Both the position numbers and the translations under genes were made by a program. This document shows positions 27,352-37,093 of a stretch of 44,455 bases of DNA, piece after piece. Each line of letters starts with the position of its first letter. Positions within the stretch are counted from its first letter, which is position 1. Source of the stretch: Paracoccaceae bacterium (GTDB lineage Bacteria > Pseudomonadota > Alphaproteobacteria > Rhodobacterales > Rhodobacteraceae); assembly GCA_046541255.1 (NCBI GenBank), contig JBKHDP010000001.1:1-44455 (forward strand), read 5' to 3'. The notes under the pieces were generated by a model. That model worked only from the letters and a program-made list of their open reading frames with translations, was not told the origin of the DNA and searched no databases.

Positions 27352-28263
27352 TCATTCTCCCAGGACCGTTCCGACCGGCACCGGCCAGCCGCGCAGGAAC
27401 TCGTCGGCCTCTTGTGCCGCCCGGCCCGCTCGCTGCAGCCGCACCAGGCGCACCGCGCCCTCGCCGCAGGCCACCCGCAGCCGCGCATCCAGCACCTCGC
27501 CGGGACGACCTTCGCCATTGGCCAGCCGCGAGACCAGCACCTTCACCCGTTCGCCGCCGATCAGCGTCCAGGCGCCGGGAAAGGGCGACAGACCGCGGAT
27601 GCGCCGGTCCACCTCGCGGGCCGGCGCCATCCAGTCCACCGCGGCCTCGGCCTTGTCGATCTTGGCGGCATAGGTCACGCCCGTCTCGGGTTGCGGCTCT
27701 TCCGTCAGCTGGTCCAGCCGCGCCAGCGTCTCGACGATCAGCCGTGCGCCGATCTCCGACAGGCGGTCATGCAGGCTGGCAGAGGTATCCTCGGGGCCGA
27801 TGGGCGTGGCCCCGCGCAGCAGCACCGGGCCGGTATCGAGCCCGGCCTCCATGCGCATGATGCAGACGCCGGTTTCGGCATCGCCGGCCATGATCGCCCG
27901 CTGGATCGGCGCCGCGCCGCGCCAGCGCGGCAGCAGCGAGGCATGGATGTTCAGGCAGCCATGGCGCGGGGCATCGAGCACCGGCTGCGGCAGGATCATC
28001 CCGTAGGCCACCACCACGGCCGCATCGGCTTCGAGCGCGGCGAAGGCCGCGCGCTCGGCCTCGGACCTCAGGCTCTCGGGATGGCGGATCGGCAGGCCCA
28101 GCGCGGCGGCGCGCGCCTGGACCGGGCTGGGCCGAGGTTTCTTGCCACGGCCCGCCGGCCGGGGCGGCTGGCAGTAGACGGCGGCGATCTCATGCCCCGC
28201 CGCCACCAGCGCCTCAAGCACCGGCACCGAGAAATCGGGCGTTCCCATGAAGATCAGACGCAT
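27352..28263 (-). CDS. fmt: methionyl-tRNA formyltransferase
   Basis: [44 protein letters not shown]. Confidence 0.97.
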   Translation of the reverse strand: MRLIFMGTPDFSVPVLEALVAAGHEIAAVYCQPPRPAGRGKKPRPSPVQARAAALGLPIRHPESLRSEAERAAFAALEADAAVVVAYGMILPQPVLDAPRHGCLNIHASLLPRWRGAAPIQRAIMAGDAETGVCIMRMEAGLDTGPVLLRGATPIGPEDTSASLHDRLSEIGARLIVETLARLDQLTEEPQPETGVTYAAKIDKAEAAVDWMAPAREVDRRIRGLSPFPGAWTLIGGERVKVLVSRLANGEGRPGEVLDARLRVACGEGAVRLVRLQRAGRAAQEADEFLRGWPVPVGTVLGE

Positions 28264-28349
28264 CCCGCCTCTCCTTGCCTTCGGCGCGGTGGAATGTCAC
28301 GCGCCCTGCATCCTGCCACCCGGCGCCCGCAGGGCGGGTGGCCCCCACC

Positions 28350-28853
28350 CTACCCGGCGCCGGCCAGTTTCCTTGCCCGCCGAAGCAGCATGTCGCGCTT
28401 CACCTTGCCCAGACGGTCGAAATACATCCGCCCCTCCAGGTGGTCGATCTGGTGCTGCGCGCTGGTGGCCCAGAGCCCCACGAAATCGCGCTCCACGCTC
28501 TGGCCACCGGCATCGAGAAAGCGCAGGGTCACGGCGCGAGGCCGCTTCACCACCGCCGCAACGCCGGGCAGGTTGGGGCTGGCTTCCTCGTGCTCGCGCA
28601 GTTCTACCGACGCATGAACGATCTCCGGATTGGCCATCAGCACCGCCTGGCCGCGCTCGGCCGAGGCATCCACCACCGCCAGCCGCAGCCCCAGACCGAT
28701 CTGCGGCGCGGCGAGGCCCACGCCCGGCATCGCTTCCATCGTGTCCACCATGTCGGCCCAGATCGCGCGGATCTCGTCAGTGATCTCCGCCACCGGGGCG
28801 GCGCGGCTGCGCAGGCGCCGGTCGGGCCAGGGCAGGCAGCGGCGCACGGTCAT
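28350..28853 (-). CDS. def: peptide deformylase-like protein with degenerate active site
   Basis: GVGLAAPQ retained; EGCLS replaced by EASPN; QHEIDH replaced by QHQIDH. Confidence 0.82.
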   Translation of the reverse strand: MTVRRCLPWPDRRLRSRAAPVAEITDEIRAIWADMVDTMEAMPGVGLAAPQIGLGLRLAVVDASAERGQAVLMANPEIVHASVELREHEEASPNLPGVAAVVKRPRAVTLRFLDAGGQSVERDFVGLWATSAQHQIDHLEGRMYFDRLGKVKRDMLLRRARKLAGAG

Positions 28854-29353
28854 CCGGCGGCACCCTGCCCGGCATAGGCGGCCTCGGCGGCGCTGCGCGC
28901 CTCGGGGGTGATGCGGTCCAGCGTCACGATCCCGTCGAGATGGTCGATCTCGTGCTGGGCGCAGGCGGCCTCCAGGCCGTCGAACGCGCGCTCCTGCACC
29001 GCGCCGGCCAGATCGCGCCAGCGCAGCCGGATGCGGGCGGGCCGTGTCACCTCCACCGAGACGCCGGGAATCGAAAGACAGCCCTCCTCGCGCGTGGCGG
29101 TCTCTTCCGAATGCCAGACAATTTCCGGGTCCAGGCAGGCCAGCGGGGTCATCTCGCCCGACTTCCAGCCGCAATCCATCACGAACAGGCGCAGCATCTC
29201 GCCCAGTTGCGGCGCGGCCAGACCGATCCCCGGCGCGGCATACATCGTCTCGAACATCTCGGCGACAAGCGCCTCGACATCCAGCCTCCCGACCGGCGCG
29301 GCAGGCTGCGCCAATCGCGCGTCGGGCCAGGCGAGGATCGGGCGCGGGCTCAC
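28850..29353 (-). CDS. def: peptide deformylase (second copy)
   Basis: GTG start overlaps the def1 stop; GIGLAAPQ, EGCLS and QHEIDHLDG intact. Confidence 0.92.
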   Translation of the reverse strand: MSPRPILAWPDARLAQPAAPVGRLDVEALVAEMFETMYAAPGIGLAAPQLGEMLRLFVMDCGWKSGEMTPLACLDPEIVWHSEETATREEGCLSIPGVSVEVTRPARIRLRWRDLAGAVQERAFDGLEAACAQHEIDHLDGIVTLDRITPEARSAAEAAYAGQGAAG

Positions 29354-29868
29354 GCGCGGGCCTTCTCGCGCTTGAGCTTGACCATCCGGCGCGTGATCAT
29401 CTGCCGTTTCATCGGGCCCAGATGGTCGATGAAGAGCTTGCCGTTGAGATGGTCGATCTCGTGCTGGACGCAGGTTGCCCACAGCCCGTCGAACTCTTCC
29501 TCGCGCGGGTTGCCGTCGCGATCCAGCCAGGCGACCTTGACCGCCGCGGGCCGGGTGACCTCGGCATATTGCTCGGGGATCGACAGGCAGCCCTCCTCGT
29601 AGACGCTCCGTTCGTCCGAGGCGGCCACGATCTCGGGGTTGAACATCACGAGCGGCCGAGGGGCTGCACCCTCTTCCTTGACGCAATCGAGCACGATCAG
29701 GCGTTCCAACACGCCCACCTGCGGCGCGGCAAGCCCGATACCCGGGGCATCGTACATGGTTTCCAGCATGTCGTCGGCCAGCCGGCGCCGTTCGTCGGAC
29801 AGATCGTCGACGGGGGCGCAGACCTTCTTGAGCCGCGGGTCGGGGTGAATGAGGATCGGGCGCTTCAT
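29350..29868 (-). CDS. def: peptide deformylase
   Basis: GIGLAAPQVG, EEGCLSIP, QHEIDHLNG, C-terminal helix. Confidence 0.96.
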   Translation of the reverse strand: MKRPILIHPDPRLKKVCAPVDDLSDERRRLADDMLETMYDAPGIGLAAPQVGVLERLIVLDCVKEEGAAPRPLVMFNPEIVAASDERSVYEEGCLSIPEQYAEVTRPAAVKVAWLDRDGNPREEEFDGLWATCVQHEIDHLNGKLFIDHLGPMKRQMITRRMVKLKREKARA

Positions 29869-30023
29869 GGCGCTGATTTAGGCGCATTTCGCGGGTTTCG
29901 CAACGTGTCGGCGCGGCGTCTGTTGCGGCCGCGTGGAACGCGCCCGACGGTGCGTCGCATTGCGGATATCGGCCGAAGCGGCTAGGTCTGCCGCGGTAAC
30001 AACGAAAAGAGCGAGGCGCGCGC

Positions 30024-31199
30024 GTGGATTTCGACGAGATCATCGATCGCCGGGGCACCCATTCCGTGAAATGGGACAAAATGGAGGCGCTCTATGGCGT
30101 CTCGCCCCAGGACGGGCTTGCCATGTGGGTGGCGGACATGGATTTCCGCCCGCCCGCCTGCATCACCCAGGCCCTGCGCGACATGGCCGATCACGGCATC
30201 TACGGCTATTTCGGCGACGATCGGCCCTACCTGGAGGCGATCCGCTGGTGGCAGGAGACGCGCCACGGCTGGAAGATCGAGCCGGACTGGATCTTCTCGA
30301 CGCACGGGCTGGTGAACGGCACCGCGCTCTGCGTCGATACATGGACCGCGCCGGGGGATGCGGTGGTTCTGTTCACCCCGGTCTACCACGCCTTCGCCAA
30401 GGTGATCCGCGCCGCCGGCCGCGAGATCCGCGAATGCGAGATGCCGCTGCAGGACGGCCGCTACGTGTTGGATTTCGACACCTGGGATGCGCAGATGACC
30501 GGCGCCGAGAAGATGCTGATCCTGTGCTCGCCGCACAATCCGGGCGGGCGCGTCTGGTCGCGCGAGGAATTGCAGGCGGTGGCCGAGTTCGCCCGGCGGC
30601 ACGACCTGATCCTGGTCTCGGACGAGATCCACAACGATCTGGTCTATCCCGGCGCGCCGCGCCACATCCCGATGGCCACGGTGGATGCGGACATCCTCGA
30701 CCGGCTGGTGATGATGGTCGCCACCACCAAGACCTTCAACATCGCGGGCGCCCATATCGGCAATGTGATCATCCCTGATCCGGCGCTGCGAAAGGCCTTC
30801 GGGGCACGGATCGCGGCCCTGGGGCTCAGCCCCAACAGTTTCGGGCTGCACATGGCCACCGCCGCGCTGTCGCCGGAAGGGGCCGAATGGGTGGACGCGC
30901 TGATGACCTACATGGATGGAAACCGGCAGGTATTCGACGCGGGCGTGAACGCGATTCCCGGCCTGCGCTCGATGCCGCTGGAGGCCACCTACCTGAGCTG
31001 GGTGGATTTCTCGGGCACCGGCATGGCGCGCGAGGAATTTACCCGTCGGGTGGAACACGGCGCCCGGATCGCCGCCAATCACGGGCCGACATTCGGCAAG
31101 GGTGGCGAAAGCTGGCTCCGCTTCAACCTGGCCTTGCCCCGCACTCGGGTGGAAGAGGCGGTGCACCGTTTGCAGACCGCGTTCGCCGACCTGCAATAA
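30024..31199 (+). CDS. patB: MalY/PatB-family PLP-dependent cystathionine beta-lyase
   Basis: DRRGTHSVKWD, MWVADMDF, LCSPHNPGGRVW, SDEIH, TKTFNIAG. Confidence 0.88.
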   Translation: MDFDEIIDRRGTHSVKWDKMEALYGVSPQDGLAMWVADMDFRPPACITQALRDMADHGIYGYFGDDRPYLEAIRWWQETRHGWKIEPDWIFSTHGLVNGTALCVDTWTAPGDAVVLFTPVYHAFAKVIRAAGREIRECEMPLQDGRYVLDFDTWDAQMTGAEKMLILCSPHNPGGRVWSREELQAVAEFARRHDLILVSDEIHNDLVYPGAPRHIPMATVDADILDRLVMMVATTKTFNIAGAHIGNVIIPDPALRKAFGARIAALGLSPNSFGLHMATAALSPEGAEWVDALMTYMDGNRQVFDAGVNAIPGLRSMPLEATYLSWVDFSGTGMAREEFTRRVEHGARIAANHGPTFGKGGESWLRFNLALPRTRVEEAVHRLQTAFADLQ

Positions 31200-31222
31200 C
31201 CGGCCAAGCTGTCTTTCGGCCG

Positions 31223-31248
31223 GGCCGGCCCGCCGCCGCGGGCCGGCC
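31223..31248. terminator. 11-bp perfect hairpin between convergent genes
   Basis: GGCCGGCCCGC-CGCC-GCGGGCCGGCC; no clear U tract. Confidence 0.45.
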
Positions 31249-31598
31249 TAGACGTCCGGCAGCAGCGCGATCGGCGCCTCCTCGTCACGAACGAAATCCA
31301 CAGGCGCGCGATCGACCGGAGCGGTGTTGCGCTTGAACTCGAAACGCAGCTCGCCACCATCCTCGTCGCTGGCCACGATCAGGCACTGGCCCAGGTGGCG
31401 CCCACCGTCATAGAGATCGACCAGTCCGCGCAGCACGGGCACCGAGCCGGCCTCGACCGAGAAGCCGCCGCGCCACAAGCGCAGCACGCGAAAGCTCTGC
31501 CCCGCGGCCTCGACCCGCATGCGCGACCGACGCCGGAGCGCGGCGCGCCGCGCTGCGTCCAGGTCAGACCGGATTTCTGGCGGCAGGTGAATATCCAT
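31248..31598 (-). CDS. hypothetical protein
   Basis: 116-aa ORF MDIHLPPEIRSDL..LRGLVDLYDGGRHLGQCLIVA..FEFKR..APVDF with normal protein composition; fills the gap between patB and the GST. Confidence 0.75.
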   Translation of the reverse strand: MDIHLPPEIRSDLDAARRAALRRRSRMRVEAAGQSFRVLRLWRGGFSVEAGSVPVLRGLVDLYDGGRHLGQCLIVASDEDGGELRFEFKRNTAPVDRAPVDFVRDEEAPIALLPDV

Positions 31599-31829
31599 GG
31601 CGCTGCGTTCCCCAGGTTCAAGGGGCCAGCATCGCGCCTGGCCGGTTAAAATCAAGCAAGTCTTGGGCTGCGTTGCAAAAATTTCATTCCTTGGCGCAAC
31701 ATCTTGTGGCGGGCCCGGCGACGTGCCCCACGGACCATGTGCAGCCATGCAGGCCAGATGCGCGGGGGTCACGGTTTTCGCACTGCGCGGGGGCGCTTAT
31801 CTCGGATGGACATCAAGGGGAGAATCGCG

Positions 31830-32804
31830 ATGGGCATGCTGGTCAACGGCGAATGGACGGACAAGTGGTACGATACAGAATCCACCGGCGGCGCCTTCGT
31901 GCGATCGACGGCGGGCTTCCGCAACTGGATTACCGCCGACGGCGCGCCCGGCCCTTCCGGCGAGGGCGGCTTTCCGGCCGAGAGCGGCCGCTATCATCTC
32001 TATGTCAGCTATGCTTGCCCCTGGGCGCACCGGACACTGATCTTTCGCGCCCTGAAGGGGCTTGAAGACCATATCGGCGTGTCGGTCGTGCATCCCGACA
32101 TGTTGTCGGATGGCTGGACCTTCTCCACCGATTTTCCCGGTGCCACCGGCGACAGTCTGTATGGTCTGCCTTTCGCGCGTGATATTTACCTTCGCGCCGA
32201 TCCGAAGATCTCGGGTCGCGTCACCGTGCCGATCCTGTGGGACAAGACGCGCGAAACCATCGTGTCGAACGAATCCTCCGAAATCATCCGCATGTTCAAT
32301 TCCGCGTTCGACGAACTCACCGGGAATCGCGACGACTACTGGCCCGAGGAACTTCGCGACGCGATCGAGCCGGTGAACGCGCGGATCTACGACACGGTGA
32401 ACAACGGGGTCTACAAATCAGGCTTCGCCACCACGCAGCAGGCCTATGACGAGGCGGTTGCGCCGCTCTTCGCGACGCTCGACTGGCTGGAGGACCGGCT
32501 GGCCAGGACCCGCTACCTGATGGGAGACAGGATCACCGAGGCGGACTGGCGGCTGTTCACCACGCTGGCGCGCTTCGACAAGGTCTATCACGGGCATTTC
32601 AAGTGCAACCGGCGGCGGATCGTCGATTATCCCAATCTGTGGGGCTATACCCGCGAACTGTATCAATGGCCCGGCGTTGCCGAGACGGTCCATTTCGACC
32701 ATATCGTGCGCCACTACCATTACAGCCACGACACGATCAATCCGCACCGCATCGTGCCCATCGGCCCTGATATCGACTTCGACGCGCCGCACGGCCGCGT
32801 CTGA
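31830..32804 (+). CDS. glutathionyl-hydroquinone reductase (Xi-class GST, YqjG/ECM4-like)
   Basis: GRYHLYVSYACPWAHR, TVPILWD, NESSEII, NNGVYKSGFA, HFKCN, HYHYSH. Confidence 0.93.
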   Translation: MGMLVNGEWTDKWYDTESTGGAFVRSTAGFRNWITADGAPGPSGEGGFPAESGRYHLYVSYACPWAHRTLIFRALKGLEDHIGVSVVHPDMLSDGWTFSTDFPGATGDSLYGLPFARDIYLRADPKISGRVTVPILWDKTRETIVSNESSEIIRMFNSAFDELTGNRDDYWPEELRDAIEPVNARIYDTVNNGVYKSGFATTQQAYDEAVAPLFATLDWLEDRLARTRYLMGDRITEADWRLFTTLARFDKVYHGHFKCNRRRIVDYPNLWGYTRELYQWPGVAETVHFDHIVRHYHYSHDTINPHRIVPIGPDIDFDAPHGRV

Positions 32805-32809
32805 CAGGC

Positions 32810-33172
32810 TCATCGCGCAGTGGCGTGATGTTCGACCATCGCGGCGATATCCTCGGGCGGGGTGGCGCTCTGGACATAGGCGCAGGCATTCGGGCAGAGC
32901 GAGAAGATCGAACCGTCCGAGAAGAAGCGGGTATTGGTAACGAATATGATCCGGGCCTCGGGCCGACGGTAGCTGGCGAAATCCGCCACCGCGAAGGCGC
33001 TGCCCTCGCCCAGGACCAGATCGAGCACGATCACGTCGCATTCATTCGCGCGCAGCCATTCCACAGCTTCCTCCTGCGTCGTCGCAAGATCCACCGTGGC
33101 GCCCAGGCGCGCCACGTGACGCAGCCAGAGCCTTCCAAGATCCGCGTCGGTTTCAACGATGAGAACGCGCAT
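32810..33172 (-). CDS. osp: single-domain response regulator, Osp-like
   Basis: MRVLIVE..LWLRH..VIVLDLVL..SAFAVADFASYRRP..FVT..FFSDGSIF; lacks the receiver Lys-Pro; lies near the def-def-def-fmt cluster. Osp identity is from recall, not a search. Confidence 0.65.
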   Translation of the reverse strand: MRVLIVETDADLGRLWLRHVARLGATVDLATTQEEAVEWLRANECDVIVLDLVLGEGSAFAVADFASYRRPEARIIFVTNTRFFSDGSIFSLCPNACAYVQSATPPEDIAAMVEHHATAR

Positions 33173-33356
33173 CGGGTCCCTGCAGTGATGTGGCGGCAAT
33201 AAAATAGTCATAGTGTTTTCCGTCGAGAAGTTCGACATCAAAATCTGCCCGAAAGGCCTTTCCCGTCCGAGATACACCGCCCGCGGACCAAGCCCTTGGG
33301 GTTGTGCCCGGGGACCGTGCTGTTAGCCTTGCAACGAGGGACGGGAAAAGGGGCGG

Positions 33357-34535
33357 ATGATGCGGTTTGTTGCGGGACTGGCGGCGCTTGTCACGGCTGG
33401 AAGCGTCGCGGCGGAAGAGCCCCCTTGCGGCGGCGATTTCGGGGCCTTTGTCGATGCTCTGGCCGACGAAGCCGTGTCGCGTGGCCTGCCCGAGGCAAAG
33501 GTGGACGATTTTCTCGGAGGGGCCCGGCAAGATGACTCGGTGATCCGGGCGGATAGGCGTCAGGGCGTGTTCCAGTTGCCTTTCGTCGATTTCTCTCGCC
33601 GGCTCATCAGTCAGAACCGTCTCGACCATGGCCGCCGCAATGCCGAGAAGCATGCCGATATCTTCGACCGGATCGAGCGCGATTACGGCGTGCCGCGCGG
33701 CATCCTGCTGGCCTTCTGGGCGTTCGAGACGGATTACGGCGCGGTACAGGGCGATTACAACACCCGCGATGCGCTGGTGACGCTGGCGCATGATTGCCGA
33801 CGGCCCGGCCTGTTCCGCCCGCAGGTCTTCGCCGCGATCGAACTCTTCGCGCAGGGCGACCTGGACCCGGACCGCACCGAAGGCGCCTGGGCCGGTGAGA
33901 TCGGCATGGTGCAGATGCTGCCGCGCGACATCCTGGAAAGCGGCGTCGACGGCGATGGCGACGGGCGGGTGCGGCTGCGGAGTTCTGCGCCGGATGCGTT
34001 GATGTCGGGGGGTCGGATGCTGCGCCGCCTGGGCTGGCGGCCGGACGAACCATGGCTGCAGGAAATCACCCTGCCCTCGGGCTTCGACTGGTCCGCTGCC
34101 GGGCTTGAAACCACCCGCAGCGTGACGGAGTGGCGGGAGGCCGGCGTTCGGGCGCGCGACGGTTCGCTCGGCCCGTCCGATCTGCCGGCTTCGGTGATCC
34201 TGCCACAGGGGCGCAACGGGCCGAAATTTCTGGCCTATCCGAATTTCAAGGTGCTGTTCGAATGGAACCAAAGCTTTGTCTATGTCACCACGGCCGCCTA
34301 CTTCGCCACGCGGCTGGAAGGCGCGCCGGCCTATGAGGCGGGAGAGCCCGATCCGGGATTGTCCGGCGAGCAGATGAAGGAATTGCAGCGCCGGCTGGTT
34401 GCCCGTGGCCATGACGTGGGAGAGATAGACGGCATTCTGGGCGCGCGGACGCGGGAGGCCGTAAGGAAGGTCCAGCTTGAACTGGGTGTACCCGCCGATG
34501 CCTGGCCCACGCCCGCATTGCTGGAGCGGTTATAG
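33357..34535 (+). CDS. lytic murein transglycosylase (MltB/SLT_2 family) with C-terminal PG-binding domain
   Basis: Signal peptide, AFWAFETDYG (catalytic Glu), GAWAGEIG.VQ, EF-hand-like DGDGDG, LQRRL..GHDVGEIDGILG. Confidence 0.9.
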   Translation: MMRFVAGLAALVTAGSVAAEEPPCGGDFGAFVDALADEAVSRGLPEAKVDDFLGGARQDDSVIRADRRQGVFQLPFVDFSRRLISQNRLDHGRRNAEKHADIFDRIERDYGVPRGILLAFWAFETDYGAVQGDYNTRDALVTLAHDCRRPGLFRPQVFAAIELFAQGDLDPDRTEGAWAGEIGMVQMLPRDILESGVDGDGDGRVRLRSSAPDALMSGGRMLRRLGWRPDEPWLQEITLPSGFDWSAAGLETTRSVTEWREAGVRARDGSLGPSDLPASVILPQGRNGPKFLAYPNFKVLFEWNQSFVYVTTAAYFATRLEGAPAYEAGEPDPGLSGEQMKELQRRLVARGHDVGEIDGILGARTREAVRKVQLELGVPADAWPTPALLERL

Positions 34536-34739
34536 CTTCTCCCGGATCGATCCGGCCCAGCTGTCCAGCTGCTCGCGGGCCTGTTCCTTGGTCAGGCCAT
34601 AGCGTTGCTGCAACAGGCCTTCCAGCTTCTCGCGATTGCCTGCCGCCTTGTCGAGGTCGTCATCGGTCAACTCGCCCCAGCGCGACTGGATCTCGCCCTT
34701 GAGCTGCTTCCACTGACCCTCGATCTGGTCCCAGTTCAT
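34530..34739 (-). CDS. csbD: CsbD-family stress protein
   Basis: MNWDQIEGQWKQLKGEIQSRWGELTDDDL..G.LQQRYG; EcfG promoter upstream. Confidence 0.92.
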   Translation of the reverse strand: MNWDQIEGQWKQLKGEIQSRWGELTDDDLDKAAGNREKLEGLLQQRYGLTKEQAREQLDSWAGSIREKL

Positions 34740-34777
34740 GCTTGATCTCCCTCTTTTCGGATGGTCATCGCAGGGCC

Positions 34778-34802
34778 AACGCGACCGGGCGCAGCCGGTT
34801 CC
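34778..34802 (-). promoter_or_regulatory. EcfG (sigmaT/RpoE2)-type promoter of csbD
   Basis: GGAAC-N16-CGTT on the minus strand. Confidence 0.85.
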
Positions 34803-34808
34803 CACCGA

Positions 34809-36536
34809 TCAGGCGGTGGCCGTGCCCTGCGCGGCGATCACGGGGAAGCGGATGCTCAGCCGATACCGCCCATCGCCGGTGGGGCCGCCTTCGATCTCCG
34901 CCTCCAACTGGCGCGCAAAGGCGCGGATCAGCTGGGTGCCAAGCCCCGAACCGGGGCGGGAGGACGGCTCCGGGGTCGGATCGAGCGGGTTGGTCAGCTC
35001 GAACAGGGCGGTGCCATCCGGCTCTCGCCGGAACACCACCCGCAGCACCGGCCGCGCCTGTCCCGGCGCCGGCGCCACGTTCTTCAGCGCGTTGGTCAGC
35101 CCTTCGGCCACAAGCAGGGCCAGCGGTACGGCCTGATCCGGCACGAGATCGATCGAGGCAAGATCCTTTTCCAGGTCGACCTCCATGGACTCGCTCGACG
35201 CGATCACCATCATCTGGGCAATCAGGTCGTCCAGCAGCCTGCCCGCGTCGAGACGGCCGAGATTCTCTGCCTCGTAAAGCTTTCGGTGCACCGTTGCGAG
35301 GCCGAGGATACGCTCCTGCAAGCGGCTCAGGATCGCCCGTGTCTCGGGGTCGCTGGTGGTGCGCATCTGCATGTTCATGATCGACGAGATCAGCTGCAGG
35401 TTGTTCTTCACCCGATGATGCACCTCGCGCATCAGAACCTGCTTCTGAAACAGGGCATCTTCCAGCCGCGCCTCGTCATGCAGGATCGAGCGCGCCATGG
35501 ACAGGAAGGTCTGCTCCATGCGCACAAGCTCGCCGGACATGTCTTCCGTGACGGGATCCTGCGGCAGGGTCCGGTCGGCCGCGAAGCGGCGCATTTGCCG
35601 GCCCAGGCGGCGGATGTGGCGCACGACCAGCCGATGCATGGCCAGAACCGCAGTGCCCAGGCTCGCCAGCCACATGACCATCGGAAACAGCCAGGCCGGC
35701 AGCGCCGGGTCAAGCGTTGTCGCCACGGCAACGGCGTCTGCCGGCCAGACCCCGATGGCCCGCACCGTCCCGGGCACGACCGTCGCCACGGAAAAAACCC
35801 TCGCGCCCCCGTCGGAATCCACATCCTCGAAGACGACCGGCCGCTCGGACCCCAGCGCCTTCAGGCTGCGATTGCGCGGCAGCAAGGCCAGCGCGGCCTC
35901 ACGATCGCCCTCGGCGGTCAGCACATCGCCTTCCATGTTGAAGGTCAGCAGCGCCTCCGGCCTGCCGCCGTCCAGATCCTTCTCGGCCAGCGACAATCGC
36001 GCGCTTGGCAACGAGACCGACACATAACCCAGGAATCGGCCCTCCCGGATCAGCGGTTGCTGCACCAGCAAAACCGGCTCTCCACTGACCAGCGCGTCCG
36101 GCGCGGCACGCACCAGGCCACGGGGCGTTTCCATGCGCTCGGTGAAACCTTCATTCTCCGAGACATCGAGCACCCCCCCGGCGGAGGAACACCGCACCCG
36201 ACCGTCGGGCGGAATCAGTCCGATGAAGGAGTAGGTCGCGCTGTTGTCGAGATATTCGCCCAGCGCCGCCCGGCAGGTGGCCGGATCGCCGCCGGTCAGC
36301 AGGATCAGCGTCCCCAGCGCATCCGCCGCACCGAATGCCCGCTGCATCGCTTCGCCCTCGGCATTGGCGGCCTGCTCTGTCAGCGCGATCAGGCGCATTT
36401 CCGCGTTGCGCCGGGTCTCTTCGGTCAGCCGCCTTGTCTGATCGAGGGCGATCAGCCCCAACGGCAGCAAGGCCAGCGTCATCAGCAGGGCCGCCCGCAG
36501 CCCGAGCCCGTGGTACCAGCGCGGCGCGTCCTGCAT
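34809..36536 (-). CDS. HisKA_2-family membrane sensor histidine kinase (general stress response, PhyK-like)
   Basis: Two TM with a periplasmic (Cache-like) domain, HAMP, EVHHRVKNNLQ, EGLTNALK, GSGLGTQLI; coupled to ecfG. Confidence 0.88.
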   Translation of the reverse strand: MQDAPRWYHGLGLRAALLMTLALLPLGLIALDQTRRLTEETRRNAEMRLIALTEQAANAEGEAMQRAFGAADALGTLILLTGGDPATCRAALGEYLDNSATYSFIGLIPPDGRVRCSSAGGVLDVSENEGFTERMETPRGLVRAAPDALVSGEPVLLVQQPLIREGRFLGYVSVSLPSARLSLAEKDLDGGRPEALLTFNMEGDVLTAEGDREAALALLPRNRSLKALGSERPVVFEDVDSDGGARVFSVATVVPGTVRAIGVWPADAVAVATTLDPALPAWLFPMVMWLASLGTAVLAMHRLVVRHIRRLGRQMRRFAADRTLPQDPVTEDMSGELVRMEQTFLSMARSILHDEARLEDALFQKQVLMREVHHRVKNNLQLISSIMNMQMRTTSDPETRAILSRLQERILGLATVHRKLYEAENLGRLDAGRLLDDLIAQMMVIASSESMEVDLEKDLASIDLVPDQAVPLALLVAEGLTNALKNVAPAPGQARPVLRVVFRREPDGTALFELTNPLDPTPEPSSRPGSGLGTQLIRAFARQLEAEIEGGPTGDGRYRLSIRFPVIAAQGTATA

Positions 36537-37093
36537 CAGACGGGCGAGGAGCCGTTGGCCGAAACCACTGCCATGGTGGCGCTGTCGGTCAGCTCCAGCC
36601 CGTCATCGTCTTCCAGCTGCAGCAACTGCGTCAGACGGGCACGCCCGCGATTGGCGCGGCTCTTGACCGTGCCGACAGCCACGCCGCACATGTCGGCCGC
36701 CTCTTCGTAGGAAAAGCCCTGCGCGCCCACCAGGATCAGCGCCTCGCGCTGTTCGGTCGGCAACTGCTCGAAGGCCTGGCGGAAATCGGCCATCTGCAGG
36801 CGGCCGTCATGCCGCGGCTTCTCGGCAAGCTGTTCGGTGAAGACGCCCTCGGCATCCTCGACCTCGCGTTTCACCTTGCGGCGGTTGGAATAGAAGGTGT
36901 TGCGCAGGATCGTGAACAGCCAGGCCCGCATGTTGGTGCCGGGCTGGAACTTGTCGATGTTCGTCCAGGCCTTCACCAGCGCGTCCTGAACCATGTCGTC
37001 CGCGGTGGCGGGATTGCGCGTCAGGCTCAGCGCGAAGGCGCGTAGTGCCGGCAAGTGATCCACCAATTCGTCGCGGGGGTCAGGCGTGCTCAC
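36536..37093 (-). CDS. ecfG: ECF15 general stress response sigma factor
   Basis: LPALRAFALSL..ADDMVQD..FQPGTNMRAWLFTILRN..QREALILVGAQGFSYEEAA..GTVKSR; downstream of nepR. Confidence 0.93.
   Translation of the reverse strand: MSTPDPRDELVDHLPALRAFALSLTRNPATADDMVQDALVKAWTNIDKFQPGTNMRAWLFTILRNTFYSNRRKVKREVEDAEGVFTEQLAEKPRHDGRLQMADFRQAFEQLPTEQREALILVGAQGFSYEEAADMCGVAVGTVKSRANRGRARLTQLLQLEDDDGLELTDSATMAVVSANGSSPV

Noticed and set aside
31630-31670. CtrA box upstream of the 31248-31598 gene
   Set aside because: Only a TTAACC half-site; the second half does not match.
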